DNA from: Candidatus Oxydemutatoraceae bacterium
GTDB taxonomy: Bacteria; Pseudomonadota; Gammaproteobacteria; Poriferisulfidales; Oxydemutatoraceae
NCBI GenBank assembly: GCA_965219575.1
Contig: OZ244779.1
Location: 652,769 to 716,768, forward strand
Direction of reading: 5' to 3'
Length of the DNA: 64,000 nt
In this document: positions 1 through 10,431 of the stretch, in pieces
How positions within the stretch are numbered: position 1 is the first letter of the stretch
How the letters are laid out: each line of letters begins with the position of its first letter
Program-made: the position numbers and the translations under genes
Notes under the pieces: generated by a model
Seen by the model: only the letters and a program-made list of their open reading frames with translations
Databases searched by the model: none
What the model was told of the DNA's origin: nothing

Positions 1-2
1 TA

Positions 3-299
3 TTACTGTTCGCCGTAATCGGCTTCATCATCATGTTGCCGTTGCTCAAACGAACACAAACCATCACCCTAGACCTTGATTGGTTGTATCGTCGTCTGCC
101 GACATGCCTATGGCATTATCTCAAACCACCGTATTTGCGTATAGAAAAACTATATTGCCGTATCCACGAGCAAGGACTATACACGCTGGAGAGAGGCGGG
201 AGATACCTCCATGCATACGGACGAGATGTATCCACCACCACACTGATAATCGTTATGGGAATCGTGCTTTCGGTGTTGCTGTTGGTTTATTATTTCTAG
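3..299 (+). CDS. C-terminal part of a Na+/H+ antiporter subunit D (MrpD/MnhD-like), truncated by window edge
   Basis: Frame open from window start; hydrophobic segments and the ITLDLDWLYR motif typical of proteobacterial MrpD C-termini. Confidence 0.6.
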   Translation, partial: LLFAVIGFIIMLPLLKRTQTITLDLDWLYRRLPTCLWHYLKPPYLRIEKLYCRIHEQGLYTLERGGRYLHAYGRDVSTTTLIIVMGIVLSVLLLVYYF

Positions 300-356
300 A
301 ACTGCGTCGAACTTGGCTATTGCGCAAGATACTTGATAACAACAACAACTTTAGTG

Positions 357-1529
357 TCATAATTCGGTGCCTTTGTTCAGTATGTCTAAATAGACACTGT
401 AAACAAATACTTTGTGGCGCGATTTGCCGGTGATTTCCTTAATAATACCGAGTCTTTCTAATGCAGAGAGACTACGCATCACAGTAGGTTGCGACAATCC
501 CGTATTTTTACGTATTGATGCAGTGTTAGATATAGGGTGTCGTTGCAAATCGGCATATATCGTACTAATAGTTGAAACCGATGCCGCCGATTGGTTCAAA
601 CCCTCAATAAGCCTACGATCATCACTAAATAACTTCATGATGTTTTGTGCCGCTTCCATTGTCTCATTCGCCACATCAATAACACCCTCTAGAAAAAATC
701 TAATCCACCCCTCCCAATCACCGGTTTCGTGCACAGCTTGCAAATGATTGTAATACGCTTGGCGATAAGTCTTAAAATATAGGCTTAGGTAGAGTAGCGG
801 TTCCTTAATCACGCCTTTCACACATAGCATGAAAGTAATAAGTAATCGTCCTAACCGCCCATTGCCGTCTAAAAATGGATGGATGCTTTCAAACTGGACA
901 TGCACCAGAGCGACTTTAACTAATACAGGCAATTGTATGTTGTCGTCGTGTAAAAATTTCTCAAAGCAATCTAAACATTCCATCAGCCGTTCGGGCGGTG
1001 GTGGAACATAGGTTGCTTTACTCGGGCTACTTCCTCCTATCCAGTTTTGCGACTTTCGGAACTCTCCTGGTTGTTTATTTCTACCTCTAGAGTTATGCAT
1101 GAGCTTTGCGTGTATCTCTCGGATTAAGCGCAACGATAAAGGTATTTCTTTCAGTCTGCTTAAACCGTAATTCATCGCCGCTATGTAACACTTCACTTCT
1201 TCCACATCATCAGCAGAGGTTTTTTGTAATTTCAAACTTTCCGATGATAATAGGTCGGAAAGCGAAGACTGCGTTCCTTCAATCTGTGATGATAAAACCG
1301 CTTCTTTGCGCGCACACATCTTCAAAAAAAGTGATATATCGGGTAAAATTGCACTCATACCGTCCAACCGACCTAAAGTGTTGCTAGCTTGCTCAATCAT
1401 TTTGTAGAAATTGTCTAAATTTAGCGGTGGATTGGGTGGCAACGGATTAGGTATATAAGCCTGATAGGTTTCACCTGCTACGGCAGAACCTCTAATTATT
1501 TGACCTATTCTGTCGGCTTTTTCCATCAT
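357..1529 (-). CDS. Fic family protein (class II, N-terminal inhibitory motif) with C-terminal HTH
   Basis: HPFLDGNGRLGR Fic motif, SSQIEG inhibitory motif, C-terminal winged-HTH-like segment. Confidence 0.92.
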   Translation of the reverse strand: MMEKADRIGQIIRGSAVAGETYQAYIPNPLPPNPPLNLDNFYKMIEQASNTLGRLDGMSAILPDISLFLKMCARKEAVLSSQIEGTQSSLSDLLSSESLKLQKTSADDVEEVKCYIAAMNYGLSRLKEIPLSLRLIREIHAKLMHNSRGRNKQPGEFRKSQNWIGGSSPSKATYVPPPPERLMECLDCFEKFLHDDNIQLPVLVKVALVHVQFESIHPFLDGNGRLGRLLITFMLCVKGVIKEPLLYLSLYFKTYRQAYYNHLQAVHETGDWEGWIRFFLEGVIDVANETMEAAQNIMKLFSDDRRLIEGLNQSAASVSTISTIYADLQRHPISNTASIRKNTGLSQPTVMRSLSALERLGIIKEITGKSRHKVFVYSVYLDILNKGTEL

Positions 1530-1612
1530 AAAGAATATTTATACAATAATTTGTTCGTTAATAAACATATTTTAGGAGATTATAATGCCTATTTGTTGTT
1601 TTCCAATAAAAT

Positions 1613-1778
1613 AAAGAACATAAATGGGTGTTTTTGTTCGCTAGTGAAAAATAACGAACATAGTGTGCGTTATTAGAAAGCAAAGAACATAAATGGGTGT
1701 TTTTGTTCGCTAGTGAAAAATAACGAACATAGTGTGCGTTAATAGAAAGCAGAGAACATAAGTCGGTGTTTTTGTTCG
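1613..1778. repeat. 69-bp tandem repeat, about 2.4 copies, upstream of the Fic gene
   Basis: Units start at 1613, 1682 and 1751 (aaagaacataaatgggtgtttttgttcgctagtg...). Confidence 0.95.
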
Positions 1779-1815
1779 TTAAATGGGCGGCTAGACTCGG
1801 CTGATAGCGATAAAT

Positions 1816-2166
1816 CTATAGCACACCTTGCTTCCTCTGCCCCACATAAAATGCAGTGCCGGAGGTCTCGGACGAGAAAACTACCTTCGTGCCGGCATCA
1901 AAATAGACGACATCGCCGGGCTTCAGGGAGACCGTCTCTCCTCCTGCTTCGGTAATCGTCATTTCACCCTCAAGCATAATTTTACATTCATCGTAGCTAT
2001 AGGTGTATTCCAGTGGGTTACCGGCTTCCATTCTAAAAAATCCTGCGCTAATCGGTGCTTCCTCATTGTTGGAGGAAACAACATCTTCCAAGAAAGCGTT
2101 TATGCCGTCTATTCCCAATGATTTGATGTTTTTACCTTGCGCGTCCGAAAGATATTTCATTGCCAT
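1816..2166 (-). CDS. Cupin domain protein (EutQ-like)
   Basis: ISAGFF..YTYSYDE.KIMLEGE..LKPGDVVYF cupin_3/EutQ pattern. Confidence 0.85.
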   Translation of the reverse strand: MAMKYLSDAQGKNIKSLGIDGINAFLEDVVSSNNEEAPISAGFFRMEAGNPLEYTYSYDECKIMLEGEMTITEAGGETVSLKPGDVVYFDAGTKVVFSSETSGTAFYVGQRKQGVL

Positions 2167-2298
2167 AACTCTTCTCCTTGTTGATACAGATAATTGCGAG
2201 GCACGAGTATAGCATGCCCAAGATCAAAATCGGATGATGTAGCTTTTGTCGACCACCTCGCCGGGCTACACCTGAACCTCTCCGAAGGAGAGGAATAC

Positions 2299-2593
2299 GG
2301 GACTGTTGAAAAAGTATCGTCAGCGTGCAACCGTAACCGCTTGCGCCGTGAATATATAATAACCACCAAGCCGTAGGGGCAGTATAAAGCCGCCGATTGA
2401 GCCGGTAGGTCAATCGGCAACTCTGATGTCTGCCCTTAAGTACCGTTCTGCACGACACCAACCGCTTGCACCATTTGATTTTGGTTTCCATAAACTGGAT
2501 GAATAAATGTATAAATCGTTCAGGCGCAACGCGTTACGGGCGGACATACAAGTCCGCCCCTACCACTCTATGAAATACTTTTTCAACAGCCCC
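2299..2593. mobile_element. Modular MITE copy 1 (TIR GGGRCTGTTGAAAA...TTTTCAACAGCCCC)
   Basis: Both TIRs present; ATAC duplicated on each side; internal GTAG REP-like hairpins. Confidence 0.85.
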
Positions 2594-2637
2594 ATACCTT
2601 CTCTACGGTTCGTAGTTACACCGTAGTCCTACAAACA

Positions 2638-3600
2638 TTAGGTCATAGAAACTCTTTTTACCTGATAGCCGTATCCTTCCAGCAGGCTCAGCACGCCTTC
2701 TTTGCCGTATAAATGCAGGGCACCGACGGCGATAAAAGTATTTTTTCTACGCAAAGGTGCCAACATATAGTGTGCCATTACGATATTGCGAATATACAAA
2801 ACATGCTTGAGGTAGGTTTTTTTGTATCCTTTATCCGTAGACTCTTGGGATATAAATTGCGTGGCAAGTGACAGCATCTCCGACAAATCTTCTTTTAGAT
2901 AAAATTCAATCATCGCTTCCGCAACGGACGATAGTTCGTTGAGATGCTCGACGCGATCCTTAAGCAGAGCGATCTGTGCATCAACCGGGAAAGCATAATA
3001 CGCAGCCATCAATTCCTCGAGCGTCTCTAATTGGTACACCGTTGCCGAATTATCCAGTGCCATTTGAAAAAGCAGATAATCGAGCATAACCGAATTATTA
3101 GTGTTGCTTTTATTGGGGGCATCTTGGGTTCTATAAATTCCGGATAGTGCGTGCATCGCAGCCCACGGCTTCAATTTTTCTATGCGCTCATCCTTAAAGC
3201 CGTTCATTAGTAGTTGCTTGCGTATCGATTGATATGTTTTAGCATCGACCATATCACTCAGCCGCTGTCCCTCGTCGAGCATCATATCTTTGACGATGCT
3301 CCTGAAGCCGGAATTCGGGCTGAAATAACGTACTCCCGGGAAGGTTTCTATACAAAAATTATCCGCTTCCAACAAAGCCGATTTGACCGGCTTTTTTAAC
3401 TCGGAGATACGCATGTCGTTTGAATGTAGGGTTCCGAATAGATAGCCTATGTGTTCGCCCGCTTTTGATATAGACCAAAACAATCCCTTGTCGAAACGCC
3501 CTGCGGCCTGGGTCGTCTCGGCGGATTTTAATTCTGCCTGCAACGAGGTAGATGATATCAGCAGTGATAAAGCCGATAGTGTTAATAAAAATCTTTTCAT
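2638..3600 (-). CDS. TraB/GumN family protein, exported
   Basis: Signal peptide, YLFGTLH, LET.EE, RN..M and FIAVGALHL motifs. Confidence 0.9.
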   Translation of the reverse strand: MKRFLLTLSALSLLISSTSLQAELKSAETTQAAGRFDKGLFWSISKAGEHIGYLFGTLHSNDMRISELKKPVKSALLEADNFCIETFPGVRYFSPNSGFRSIVKDMMLDEGQRLSDMVDAKTYQSIRKQLLMNGFKDERIEKLKPWAAMHALSGIYRTQDAPNKSNTNNSVMLDYLLFQMALDNSATVYQLETLEELMAAYYAFPVDAQIALLKDRVEHLNELSSVAEAMIEFYLKEDLSEMLSLATQFISQESTDKGYKKTYLKHVLYIRNIVMAHYMLAPLRRKNTFIAVGALHLYGKEGVLSLLEGYGYQVKRVSMT

Positions 3601-3708
3601 ATTTCACTCCCTATGTATTTAAGGCGATTAGTTGTCGGTGGGTTTATTTTAGCAGTAAATCAGATGGTGGACGATATTACATGCCGACACGACATATTCC
3701 GAGCAATC

Positions 3709-4491
3709 TTATCGCTTGCAATAATGCCCTATAATCGCCGGCAACATATCTTCGTCAATCGGGCTACGGGCAACGATGGGTGGACGCTTGAAACCCAGTC
3801 TGTTGCACAATTCTTTGATGTTGGGACCTCCTAAAACCAACTGTCTGTCGAGCAACATAGCAACAGAATCCGCCGCGGTCATTGCATGGAGGTTTGCCAA
3901 AGTCTCACCACTTGCCACGGTAATATAATCGGGTACCGTATGTTGTTCGTCCAATCGCAGGTGCTTCGACGGTCTTTGCCTACGATAGACTTCAACATAA
4001 TCTACTTTCAGCCCTCGGCGGGTGAGTTCTCTCGCTAAATACGGGTTTCCTCCTCGGCCGCGAAAAATCAATACTGCCCCGCGTTTTATATTTTTTATGG
4101 ACTGCATTGCTGCCAATGCCTCGCTACTCGCCGCTTCGTGCGGATGTATTGCGTCGGCGATACCTGCCTCCGCCAATGCCTCTGCGGTTTTAATGCCGAC
4201 TGCGGCAACCGGTCTATTGATTCGGTAAATGCCCGCCTCGTGCAATAGCCGAGTACCGTAATACACCGCACTGCGACTGATAAAAACCAGCAGATTGTAC
4301 AGATCGAGCTGCTCGATCTTGTTCAAATTGGCTTCGCTGCGTGCGGTATCTACGATTTCCATACACGGGAAGCGGATGACCGTAGCACCTTGTTCGGCAC
4401 AAAGCTCCGATAGTCTATCGGCGAGTTGAACAGGTCGTGTGACCATAACACAACAACCTTGCAAAGGGAGGGTTTTAGGGGGTTTATCCAT
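3709..4491 (-). CDS. hemD: Uroporphyrinogen-III synthase
   Basis: VMVTRP, AVG.KTA, RGRGG, VEVYRR motifs; follows hemC; start chosen at the ATG overlapping the hemC end. Confidence 0.9.
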   Translation of the reverse strand: MDKPPKTLPLQGCCVMVTRPVQLADRLSELCAEQGATVIRFPCMEIVDTARSEANLNKIEQLDLYNLLVFISRSAVYYGTRLLHEAGIYRINRPVAAVGIKTAEALAEAGIADAIHPHEAASSEALAAMQSIKNIKRGAVLIFRGRGGNPYLARELTRRGLKVDYVEVYRRQRPSKHLRLDEQHTVPDYITVASGETLANLHAMTAADSVAMLLDRQLVLGGPNIKELCNRLGFKRPPIVARSPIDEDMLPAIIGHYCKR

Positions 4492-5407
4492 TATCTCGGA
4501 AGGGTGCAATCAGCGCAGCTGCGCCTTGGCTGAGCAGGGCGTTTGCAGCTGCGATGCCGAGTTGTTCGCTTTGCTCCGGGGTGCCGTGCCGTTCGTCTCT
4601 TAGTATTTTCTTTCCGTCTATATCACCGACTAGAGCGCGCAAACGAAGGTTGCCGTTATTGTGTTGCGCATACGCCGCAATCGGCATCCTACAGTCACCT
4701 CCCAATGCAAAACTCAATGCTCGCTCCGCTTGCAGACAAGCATAACTCGTCGTATCGTTTAGTGCGGTGATATAAGACAACATCGGGTGATCGTGCAAAC
4801 ATTCTATACCGATAATCCCTTGTCCTATCGCCGGTAGACTGATAGAGTGCGGTAGCAAATAACGAATACGCCGAGAGAGACCTAAGCGCTCGAGCCCGGC
4901 GGCAGCCAATATCAAAGCATCACACTCGCCTCTATCGAGCTTGCCGAGGCGCGTACCGACATTGCCTCGTAAAGGTAGCACCTTTATATTCGGATAACGA
5001 TGTTTTAACTGACACTGCCGGCGTAGGCTTGCCGTCCCCACAATCGCATGCCTCGGTAATTGTTCGAGATCGTCATAATTTTTAGACACGAAGGCATCGG
5101 ACGGGTCTGCGCGTGTCAATGCTGCGGCGATGATAAAACCCTCGGGCAATTGGCACGGTACATCCTTCATCGAATGAACCGCGATGTCGGCTCGGCCCTC
5201 TATCAGGGCTTTTTCCAAGGATTTAACGAATAAGCCTTTGCCGCCTATCTCGTTCAGCGAACTTTCAAGCCGTTGGTCTCCCTCGCTTATTACGGGGATA
5301 ATTTCTATCTTGATTTTAGGATGCAGTGTCGCTAGATGTTCGGCAACTATATTCGTTTGTTTTAAGGCTAGCGGGCTCTTGCGTGTGACGATACGAATCG
5401 TATTCAC
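4484..5407 (-). CDS. hemC: Hydroxymethylbilane synthase
   Basis: TRKSPLA, GGKGLFVK, AVHSMKDVP, LRGNVGTRL motifs. Confidence 0.98.
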   Translation of the reverse strand: MNTIRIVTRKSPLALKQTNIVAEHLATLHPKIKIEIIPVISEGDQRLESSLNEIGGKGLFVKSLEKALIEGRADIAVHSMKDVPCQLPEGFIIAAALTRADPSDAFVSKNYDDLEQLPRHAIVGTASLRRQCQLKHRYPNIKVLPLRGNVGTRLGKLDRGECDALILAAAGLERLGLSRRIRYLLPHSISLPAIGQGIIGIECLHDHPMLSYITALNDTTSYACLQAERALSFALGGDCRMPIAAYAQHNNGNLRLRALVGDIDGKKILRDERHGTPEQSEQLGIAAANALLSQGAAALIAPFRDNG

Positions 5408-5471
5408 TCTGTACTACGCGACAACGAGCAATCGCTATCGTGTGATCCGGGAAATAGGTATCGGCAGATTT

Positions 5472-6284
5472 TTATACATCGCTCGAAACAAAAGGTCGCC
5501 ATTCGGGTGATGCGGGCGAATGTACTACGAATGCGGGATTGATTAAAGAGTCTCGTGTGTTGTATCGTAGCGGCTGTCCTGCATAATCGTTCAGCTGTCC
5601 ACCCGCTTCCTCTACGATGCACTGACCTGCTGCGGTATCCCATTCGCAGGTAGGCCCTACGCGCAAGTAGAGATCGGCACTGCCGTCTGCAATCAAACAG
5701 CATTTTAGAGAACTGTCGGCGCGCACCAACTCGTGATTGCCGATTTTATCGAGTAGATTTTTTGTCGGCACATTAATATGCGCACGGCTAACGGCAACGA
5801 TGGGTTTCGCTCGCGGATATTTGCGTACCGATATTTTGACCGGTTTTGTGTCCGGGTCTTGGCGGAAAGCACCGTGTTTTTCGGCGGCATAAAAAAGTTG
5901 ATCCATAGCAGGTGCATAGATTACTCCGAGAACGGAGGTGTTATTATCTATCAACGCGATATTCACGGTGAAATAATCGTTTTTATTGATAAATCCCTTA
6001 GTGCCGTCGAGTGGGTCTACCAACCAATACCGATGCCATTGCTTGCGCTCTTCATAAGGATGCTCGGCCGAGGTTTCCTCCGACAACACCGGAATATCGG
6101 GGCTCAAAATGTTTAGCTGTTCGGTAATCAAAGTATCCGATTTTAGGTCGGCAACGGTGACCGGAGACTTATCCTCCTTGTATTCCACATCGATTTCGTG
6201 GTTTTTATAGATATCCATAATCTCAAGCCCGGCTTGCCTTGCAATCGTGCAGGCCTGCTCTAAATATTCATAGGGTGTATTCAT
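5472..6284 (-). CDS. cysQ: 3'(2'),5'-bisphosphate nucleotidase
   Basis: KEDKSPVT.AD, WLVDPLDGTK, EWDTAAG motifs. Confidence 0.95.
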   Translation of the reverse strand: MNTPYEYLEQACTIARQAGLEIMDIYKNHEIDVEYKEDKSPVTVADLKSDTLITEQLNILSPDIPVLSEETSAEHPYEERKQWHRYWLVDPLDGTKGFINKNDYFTVNIALIDNNTSVLGVIYAPAMDQLFYAAEKHGAFRQDPDTKPVKISVRKYPRAKPIVAVSRAHINVPTKNLLDKIGNHELVRADSSLKCCLIADGSADLYLRVGPTCEWDTAAGQCIVEEAGGQLNDYAGQPLRYNTRDSLINPAFVVHSPASPEWRPFVSSDV

Positions 6285-6703
6285 CCTCGGCTCCAACGTT
6301 TATACCTTTTTTTGCAATACGCTAATAAGGATTTGTAATCGGGAAAATAAAGTTCAAAACCGTCCTCTGCGGGCGCGTCGAACTCGCAATAATCGTTTGA
6401 ATGATCCCTACAGATTTGGGGTCTATTTTCATAGATACCGCACCCCCCGTCGGGGAGCAAGTGACTGCATTTTGTGTCGAACAATAAACACCATCCGTCT
6501 TCGTCTTTATAGACGCTTACGTTGTGATGCGAGACTTGCCACAGCAGGTATTCAAAATCCACCTTGCTGCGCGGTGTGTCTATAGCTTGTGTTACATAAG
6601 TACAGCATATGCTGTTCTTACAAAAACTACATTTGTTTTCCGGGGTTATTTTATTGGGGGAATTTGTTTTAACTTTGATAGGTATGGAAAGTGTCTGTGG
6701 CAT
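6281..6703 (-). CDS. YkgJ family cysteine-cluster protein
   Basis: CxxC...CC and C.IYENRPQIC motifs. Confidence 0.85.
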   Translation of the reverse strand: MPQTLSIPIKVKTNSPNKITPENKCSFCKNSICCTYVTQAIDTPRSKVDFEYLLWQVSHHNVSVYKDEDGWCLLFDTKCSHLLPDGGCGIYENRPQICRDHSNDYCEFDAPAEDGFELYFPDYKSLLAYCKKRYKRWSRG

Positions 6704-6717
6704 TTTATAGAGGTCTT

Positions 6718-7011
6718 TTAAGTGTCGGTTCGAGATTTGGATTTTTTGATTTTTGCCAAAGGTATCACTTGACTGGTACGCGGTTCGTCGGCAAATCGAG
6801 GACGCATTTTAGCTTTTGGTTTTCCCGATGCTTGTTGCAGGGTCTGCTCGCGTGCGGAAATTAACGCAAAACAATCGCGAATATCTTTTATTGTGCTATC
6901 CTTTAACGGATGACGCATACCTGCCGGCGGTGCCGTATCTTTGACAACGTTCGCCAGTGTTTTGCGCATCATGATTAATATACGCTGTTCTACGGATAAG
7001 TCTTCGGTCAT
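6718..7011 (-). CDS. Conserved hypothetical protein
   Basis: 97 aa ORF co-oriented and tightly linked to the ykgJ-like/cysQ/hemCD run. Confidence 0.7.
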   Translation of the reverse strand: MTEDLSVEQRILIMMRKTLANVVKDTAPPAGMRHPLKDSTIKDIRDCFALISAREQTLQQASGKPKAKMRPRFADEPRTSQVIPLAKIKKSKSRTDT

Positions 7012-7097
7012 AGTTTTATTCGGTGAATGGTTGTATTATAACTTGTTTGCGTACAAACTTATACGATTGGTTAATATCTAAGTTAGAAGAGGTGATT

Positions 7098-7406
7098 ATG
7101 AAACAAGCGGAATTTTCAATAGGCGAAGTCGTAAAGCATAAGCTGTTCTATTACTACGGTGTGATCTATGATGTAGATGCTGTCTTTATGGGAAACGATC
7201 TATGGTACGAGCAGATTGCAAAAACTCGTCCTCCTAAAGATCAGCCGTGGTACTGCGTGCTGGTTGACGGTCATGTACACGAGACCTATGTTGCACAACG
7301 CAACCTTGAACATTGCGAGTATAGAGAGATTGACCATCCTATGCTCAATATGTATTTTGACGGCAACGATACAAAACGATATACATCCAATACGCCCAAA
7401 ACTTAA
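7098..7406 (+). CDS. hspQ: Heat shock protein HspQ (YccV-like)
   Basis: FSIGEVVKHKLF.Y.GVI.DVD, QPWY, TYVAQRNL; GAGG RBS before ATG 7098. Confidence 0.9.
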   Translation: MKQAEFSIGEVVKHKLFYYYGVIYDVDAVFMGNDLWYEQIAKTRPPKDQPWYCVLVDGHVHETYVAQRNLEHCEYREIDHPMLNMYFDGNDTKRYTSNTPKT

Positions 7407-7411
7407 ACGCA

Positions 7412-7849
7412 ATGCTCGGACACTTAAAAAGACTCTTTGAAAACAAGTCCGAGCAAAAGGCGGATGAGTTCGGTGTCGAGTTAAGAGCAGCCGCTATTCT
7501 ATTGATAGAAGTTTGTTATGCCGACTTCGATATACAACAGAATGAACTCGACGCAGCCGCCTCGGCACTGGTTTCGTTGTACGGATTGTCGGAGCCTAAA
7601 GCACAGACTCTGCTCGAGCAAACTTTAATCGAACACCAAAAAGTAATTTCGCTTTTCGATTATACGAAACTATTGAACGAACACTTTTCGGTGAAGCAAA
7701 AAGAAACTTTGTTGCTCGCTTTGTGGAAAGTTGCACACGCCGATGAACGTGTCGTTGCACACGAGGAGCACCGCATCAGAAAACTAGCCGAACAGCTTCA
7801 TTTGTCGCATAAATCATTCATCCAGACCAAATTGACCGCCGAAACCTGA
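7412..7849 (+). CDS. TerB family tellurite-resistance-like protein
   Basis: LLIEV.YAD, LWKVAHAD, EEHRIRKLA..L motifs. Confidence 0.85.
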   Translation: MLGHLKRLFENKSEQKADEFGVELRAAAILLIEVCYADFDIQQNELDAAASALVSLYGLSEPKAQTLLEQTLIEHQKVISLFDYTKLLNEHFSVKQKETLLLALWKVAHADERVVAHEEHRIRKLAEQLHLSHKSFIQTKLTAET

Positions 7850-7857
7850 GCAGAAAT

Positions 7858-8061
7858 GGGGCTGCTGAAAAAGTATTTCATACAATGTAGGGGCGGACTT
7901 CAAAATTGCCGATTGACCTACCGGCAATCGGCGGCTCTATTCTGCCCGTAACGCGTTACATCTGCACGATTTATACATTCATTCATCCAGTTTATGGAGA
8001 CCAAAACCATACGGCGCAAGCGGTTACGGTTGCACACTGACGATACTTTTTCAAAAGCCCC
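7858..8061. mobile_element. Modular MITE copy 2
   Basis: Degenerate TIRs ggggctgctgaaaa / ttttcaaaagcccc; same modules in opposite orientation to copy 1; no matching TSD. Confidence 0.8.
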
Positions 8062-8136
8062 CGAAGTGTCTGCACAAGTATAGTTTTGGTTTATTCTCCT
8101 CCGAAGGAGGGGAATGGACAGGGTGATTGCACGATA

Positions 8137-8733
8137 TTAACCGTCGTGCGTCAGCAAATAGAGGGCAACTTCGCTCATCAAATTGGGCAGCAAACGGGTG
8201 CTTAAGGAGACTTCGTACGAGTGATTGACTCCGGCGCGCGCTTTGCAATGAATTTTTTTCTTGTTGCACAGTTCTTCAAAATCCGAGAGTGTGCAGAGAT
8301 GAACATTCTCGGTTTCGTACCATTGTGCGGGTAGTACGGTTGTGACCGGCATACGCCCGCGAAATAGCTGCATACGGTTTTCCCAATACCCCATATTATA
8401 AAAAGTGATAATCGTCTCCTTAGCAATGCGTAGCATTTCATCCAACACCCGATCGGGATGGCGTACCGCTTGCAGGGTTTGGGTCATCAGCACATAATCA
8501 AAACTTTGTACCGAGAAATAATCGTGCCACCGTCCTTCGAGATCGGCTTGTATTACATCGACGCCGTTCTCTATGCAATGTGCGATATTGTCGTCGTCTA
8601 TTTCCAATCCCAGCCCCGATACATTCCTTACTTCGCGCAGATACTTCAACAATTCACCCCGCCCGCAGCCCAAATCCAATACTCGCGTATCGGGTTTAAT
8701 CCAGTTGGCAATTAATTCCCAATCGGCACGCAT
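8137..8733 (-). CDS. metW: Methionine biosynthesis protein MetW
   Basis: VLDLGCG.G SAM motif, WYETENVHLCT..DFE; adjacent to metX. Confidence 0.95.
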   Translation of the reverse strand: MRADWELIANWIKPDTRVLDLGCGRGELLKYLREVRNVSGLGLEIDDDNIAHCIENGVDVIQADLEGRWHDYFSVQSFDYVLMTQTLQAVRHPDRVLDEMLRIAKETIITFYNMGYWENRMQLFRGRMPVTTVLPAQWYETENVHLCTLSDFEELCNKKKIHCKARAGVNHSYEVSLSTRLLPNLMSEVALYLLTHDG

Positions 8734-9872
8734 TATAGCCCCGCTGCTATCTGCTCCATATAAGCCCGCAAGGCCTTATGGTATCGAGGCACCGGCATCA
8801 GAAAGGAATCGTGTCCATGGTGTGCTTTGATTCCGCAGTAACTTACACGGCGATTTGAATGCACCAAGGCTTTAACTATTTCGTGGGATCGTGTGCTTGA
8901 AAAACGCCAATCGGCAGAAAAAGAAACTACCAAGAAACCGCAGCTGGCTTGTCTAAACGCTTTGCTTAAATCGCCGTCGTATTCCGCTGCCGGGTCGAAA
9001 TAGTCCAGTGCCTTAGTCATCAATAAATAAGTGTTTGCATCGAAGCGGTTGACAAAAGACTCACCCTGATAGCGTAGATAACTCTCCACCTGAAATTCAA
9101 CATCAAATCCGTAATTAAGTTTGGTCGACTTGAGTTCTCGCCCAAACTTCTCGCGCATCGCATCGTCCGATAAATAGGTGATATGTCCCAACATCCGCGC
9201 CAACATCAACCCCTTTTGAGGAATGCCGTCCTCGTAATAATTACCGCTATGAAACGACGGATCCGACACAATCGCTTGTCTTGCGACTTCGTTGAACGCA
9301 ATGTTTTGAGCCGACAATTTGGGTGCGGTTGCTATCAGCAAAGCATGCGCCACCTTGTCCGGATAGTCTATTGCCCACTGCATAGCCTGCATGCCGCCCA
9401 GACTACCTCCTATCACCGCTGCCCAGCGCGGTATCTCAAAAGCGGTTCTTAGCATATCTTGGCTATGCACCCAGTCTTTAACGGTAACTATCGGAAAATC
9501 GAGTGCATAGTGTTTACCGGTTTTAGGGTTGATCGTATTAGGTCCGCTGCTACCGCTACAGCCGCCTAGATTATTCGGACAAATAAAGAAAAAACGATTC
9601 GTATCGAAAGGTTTACCGGGACCTATGCAATTATCCCACCATCCGGGTTTTTTATCCGAGGTGTTGTGATAGCCGGCGGCGTGCTGGTCGCCCGACAGTG
9701 CGTGACAAATCAAAACGGCGTTAGACCGTGCCGTATTCAACTCGCCGTAGGTCTCATACGCCAAAGTAAACTCGGAAAGCGTATGACCGCAATCTAAAGT
9801 TAGGCTTTCGTCAAAATCCATCTGTTGAGACTTTACTATGCCTACGGAGTTGGAGTATTTTTTTTCGGACAT
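8733..9872 (-). CDS. metX: Homoserine O-acyltransferase
   Basis: [17 protein letters not shown] nucleophile motif, GHDSFL. Confidence 0.97.
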   Translation of the reverse strand: MSEKKYSNSVGIVKSQQMDFDESLTLDCGHTLSEFTLAYETYGELNTARSNAVLICHALSGDQHAAGYHNTSDKKPGWWDNCIGPGKPFDTNRFFFICPNNLGGCSGSSGPNTINPKTGKHYALDFPIVTVKDWVHSQDMLRTAFEIPRWAAVIGGSLGGMQAMQWAIDYPDKVAHALLIATAPKLSAQNIAFNEVARQAIVSDPSFHSGNYYEDGIPQKGLMLARMLGHITYLSDDAMREKFGRELKSTKLNYGFDVEFQVESYLRYQGESFVNRFDANTYLLMTKALDYFDPAAEYDGDLSKAFRQASCGFLVVSFSADWRFSSTRSHEIVKALVHSNRRVSYCGIKAHHGHDSFLMPVPRYHKALRAYMEQIAAGL

Positions 9873-10037
9873 TATGCTAAGTAAGGCGGCTCAAAAATAG
9901 ACTTACTATTATATTGTAATAATTCATAACCTAGCGTAAAGGTTTCATCATTCTGAGATATTGTATATAATATCGGCTTTATCGGAATAAATGTAGCAAA
10001 AGCTACGGCAAATTAAAATTTTAGACAGGAGAACAAA

Positions 10038-10400
10038 ATGGCTGAAGCAGATCCGTCAAAAACTATAATTCATAAGCAAAGGGAAATACAAAGAGATAAG
10101 AACGGCTACCTTCTCAACCCCTTAGACTGGAGTCAAGAAGTAGCGGACATCATTGCCAAAGAAGAAGGTTTGACCATCACCGAAAAACACATGGATATCA
10201 TCGTGCATTTGCGCGACAGGTTTTTCAACTTTAACGAGGATCAACCCAATACACGCAAGATTCTTAAAGCGATGCAGGAGCAGTGGGGAGACGACAAACT
10301 TTCATCCAAAGATCTCTACGACCTTTTTCCCCAAGACCCGAGCAAGCAGGGCGGACGTTTTGCAGGGTTGCCCGAAAGTCGTCGCAAAGGCGGTTATTGA
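10038..10400 (+). CDS. DsrC/TusE family protein lacking all cysteines (RspA-like)
   Basis: D..GYL....DWS..VA..IA..EG, LY.LFP..P.KQ..R.AGLP; ends SRRKGGY with no Cys. Confidence 0.85.
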   Translation: MAEADPSKTIIHKQREIQRDKNGYLLNPLDWSQEVADIIAKEEGLTITEKHMDIIVHLRDRFFNFNEDQPNTRKILKAMQEQWGDDKLSSKDLYDLFPQDPSKQGGRFAGLPESRRKGGY

Positions 10401-10431
10401 TTGCCGGATGGTCGGCTCAAATTAGACCGGA

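Noticed and set aside
1613-1778. Possible CRISPR array
   Set aside because: Whole units are duplicated with no unique spacers, and no cas genes are present.
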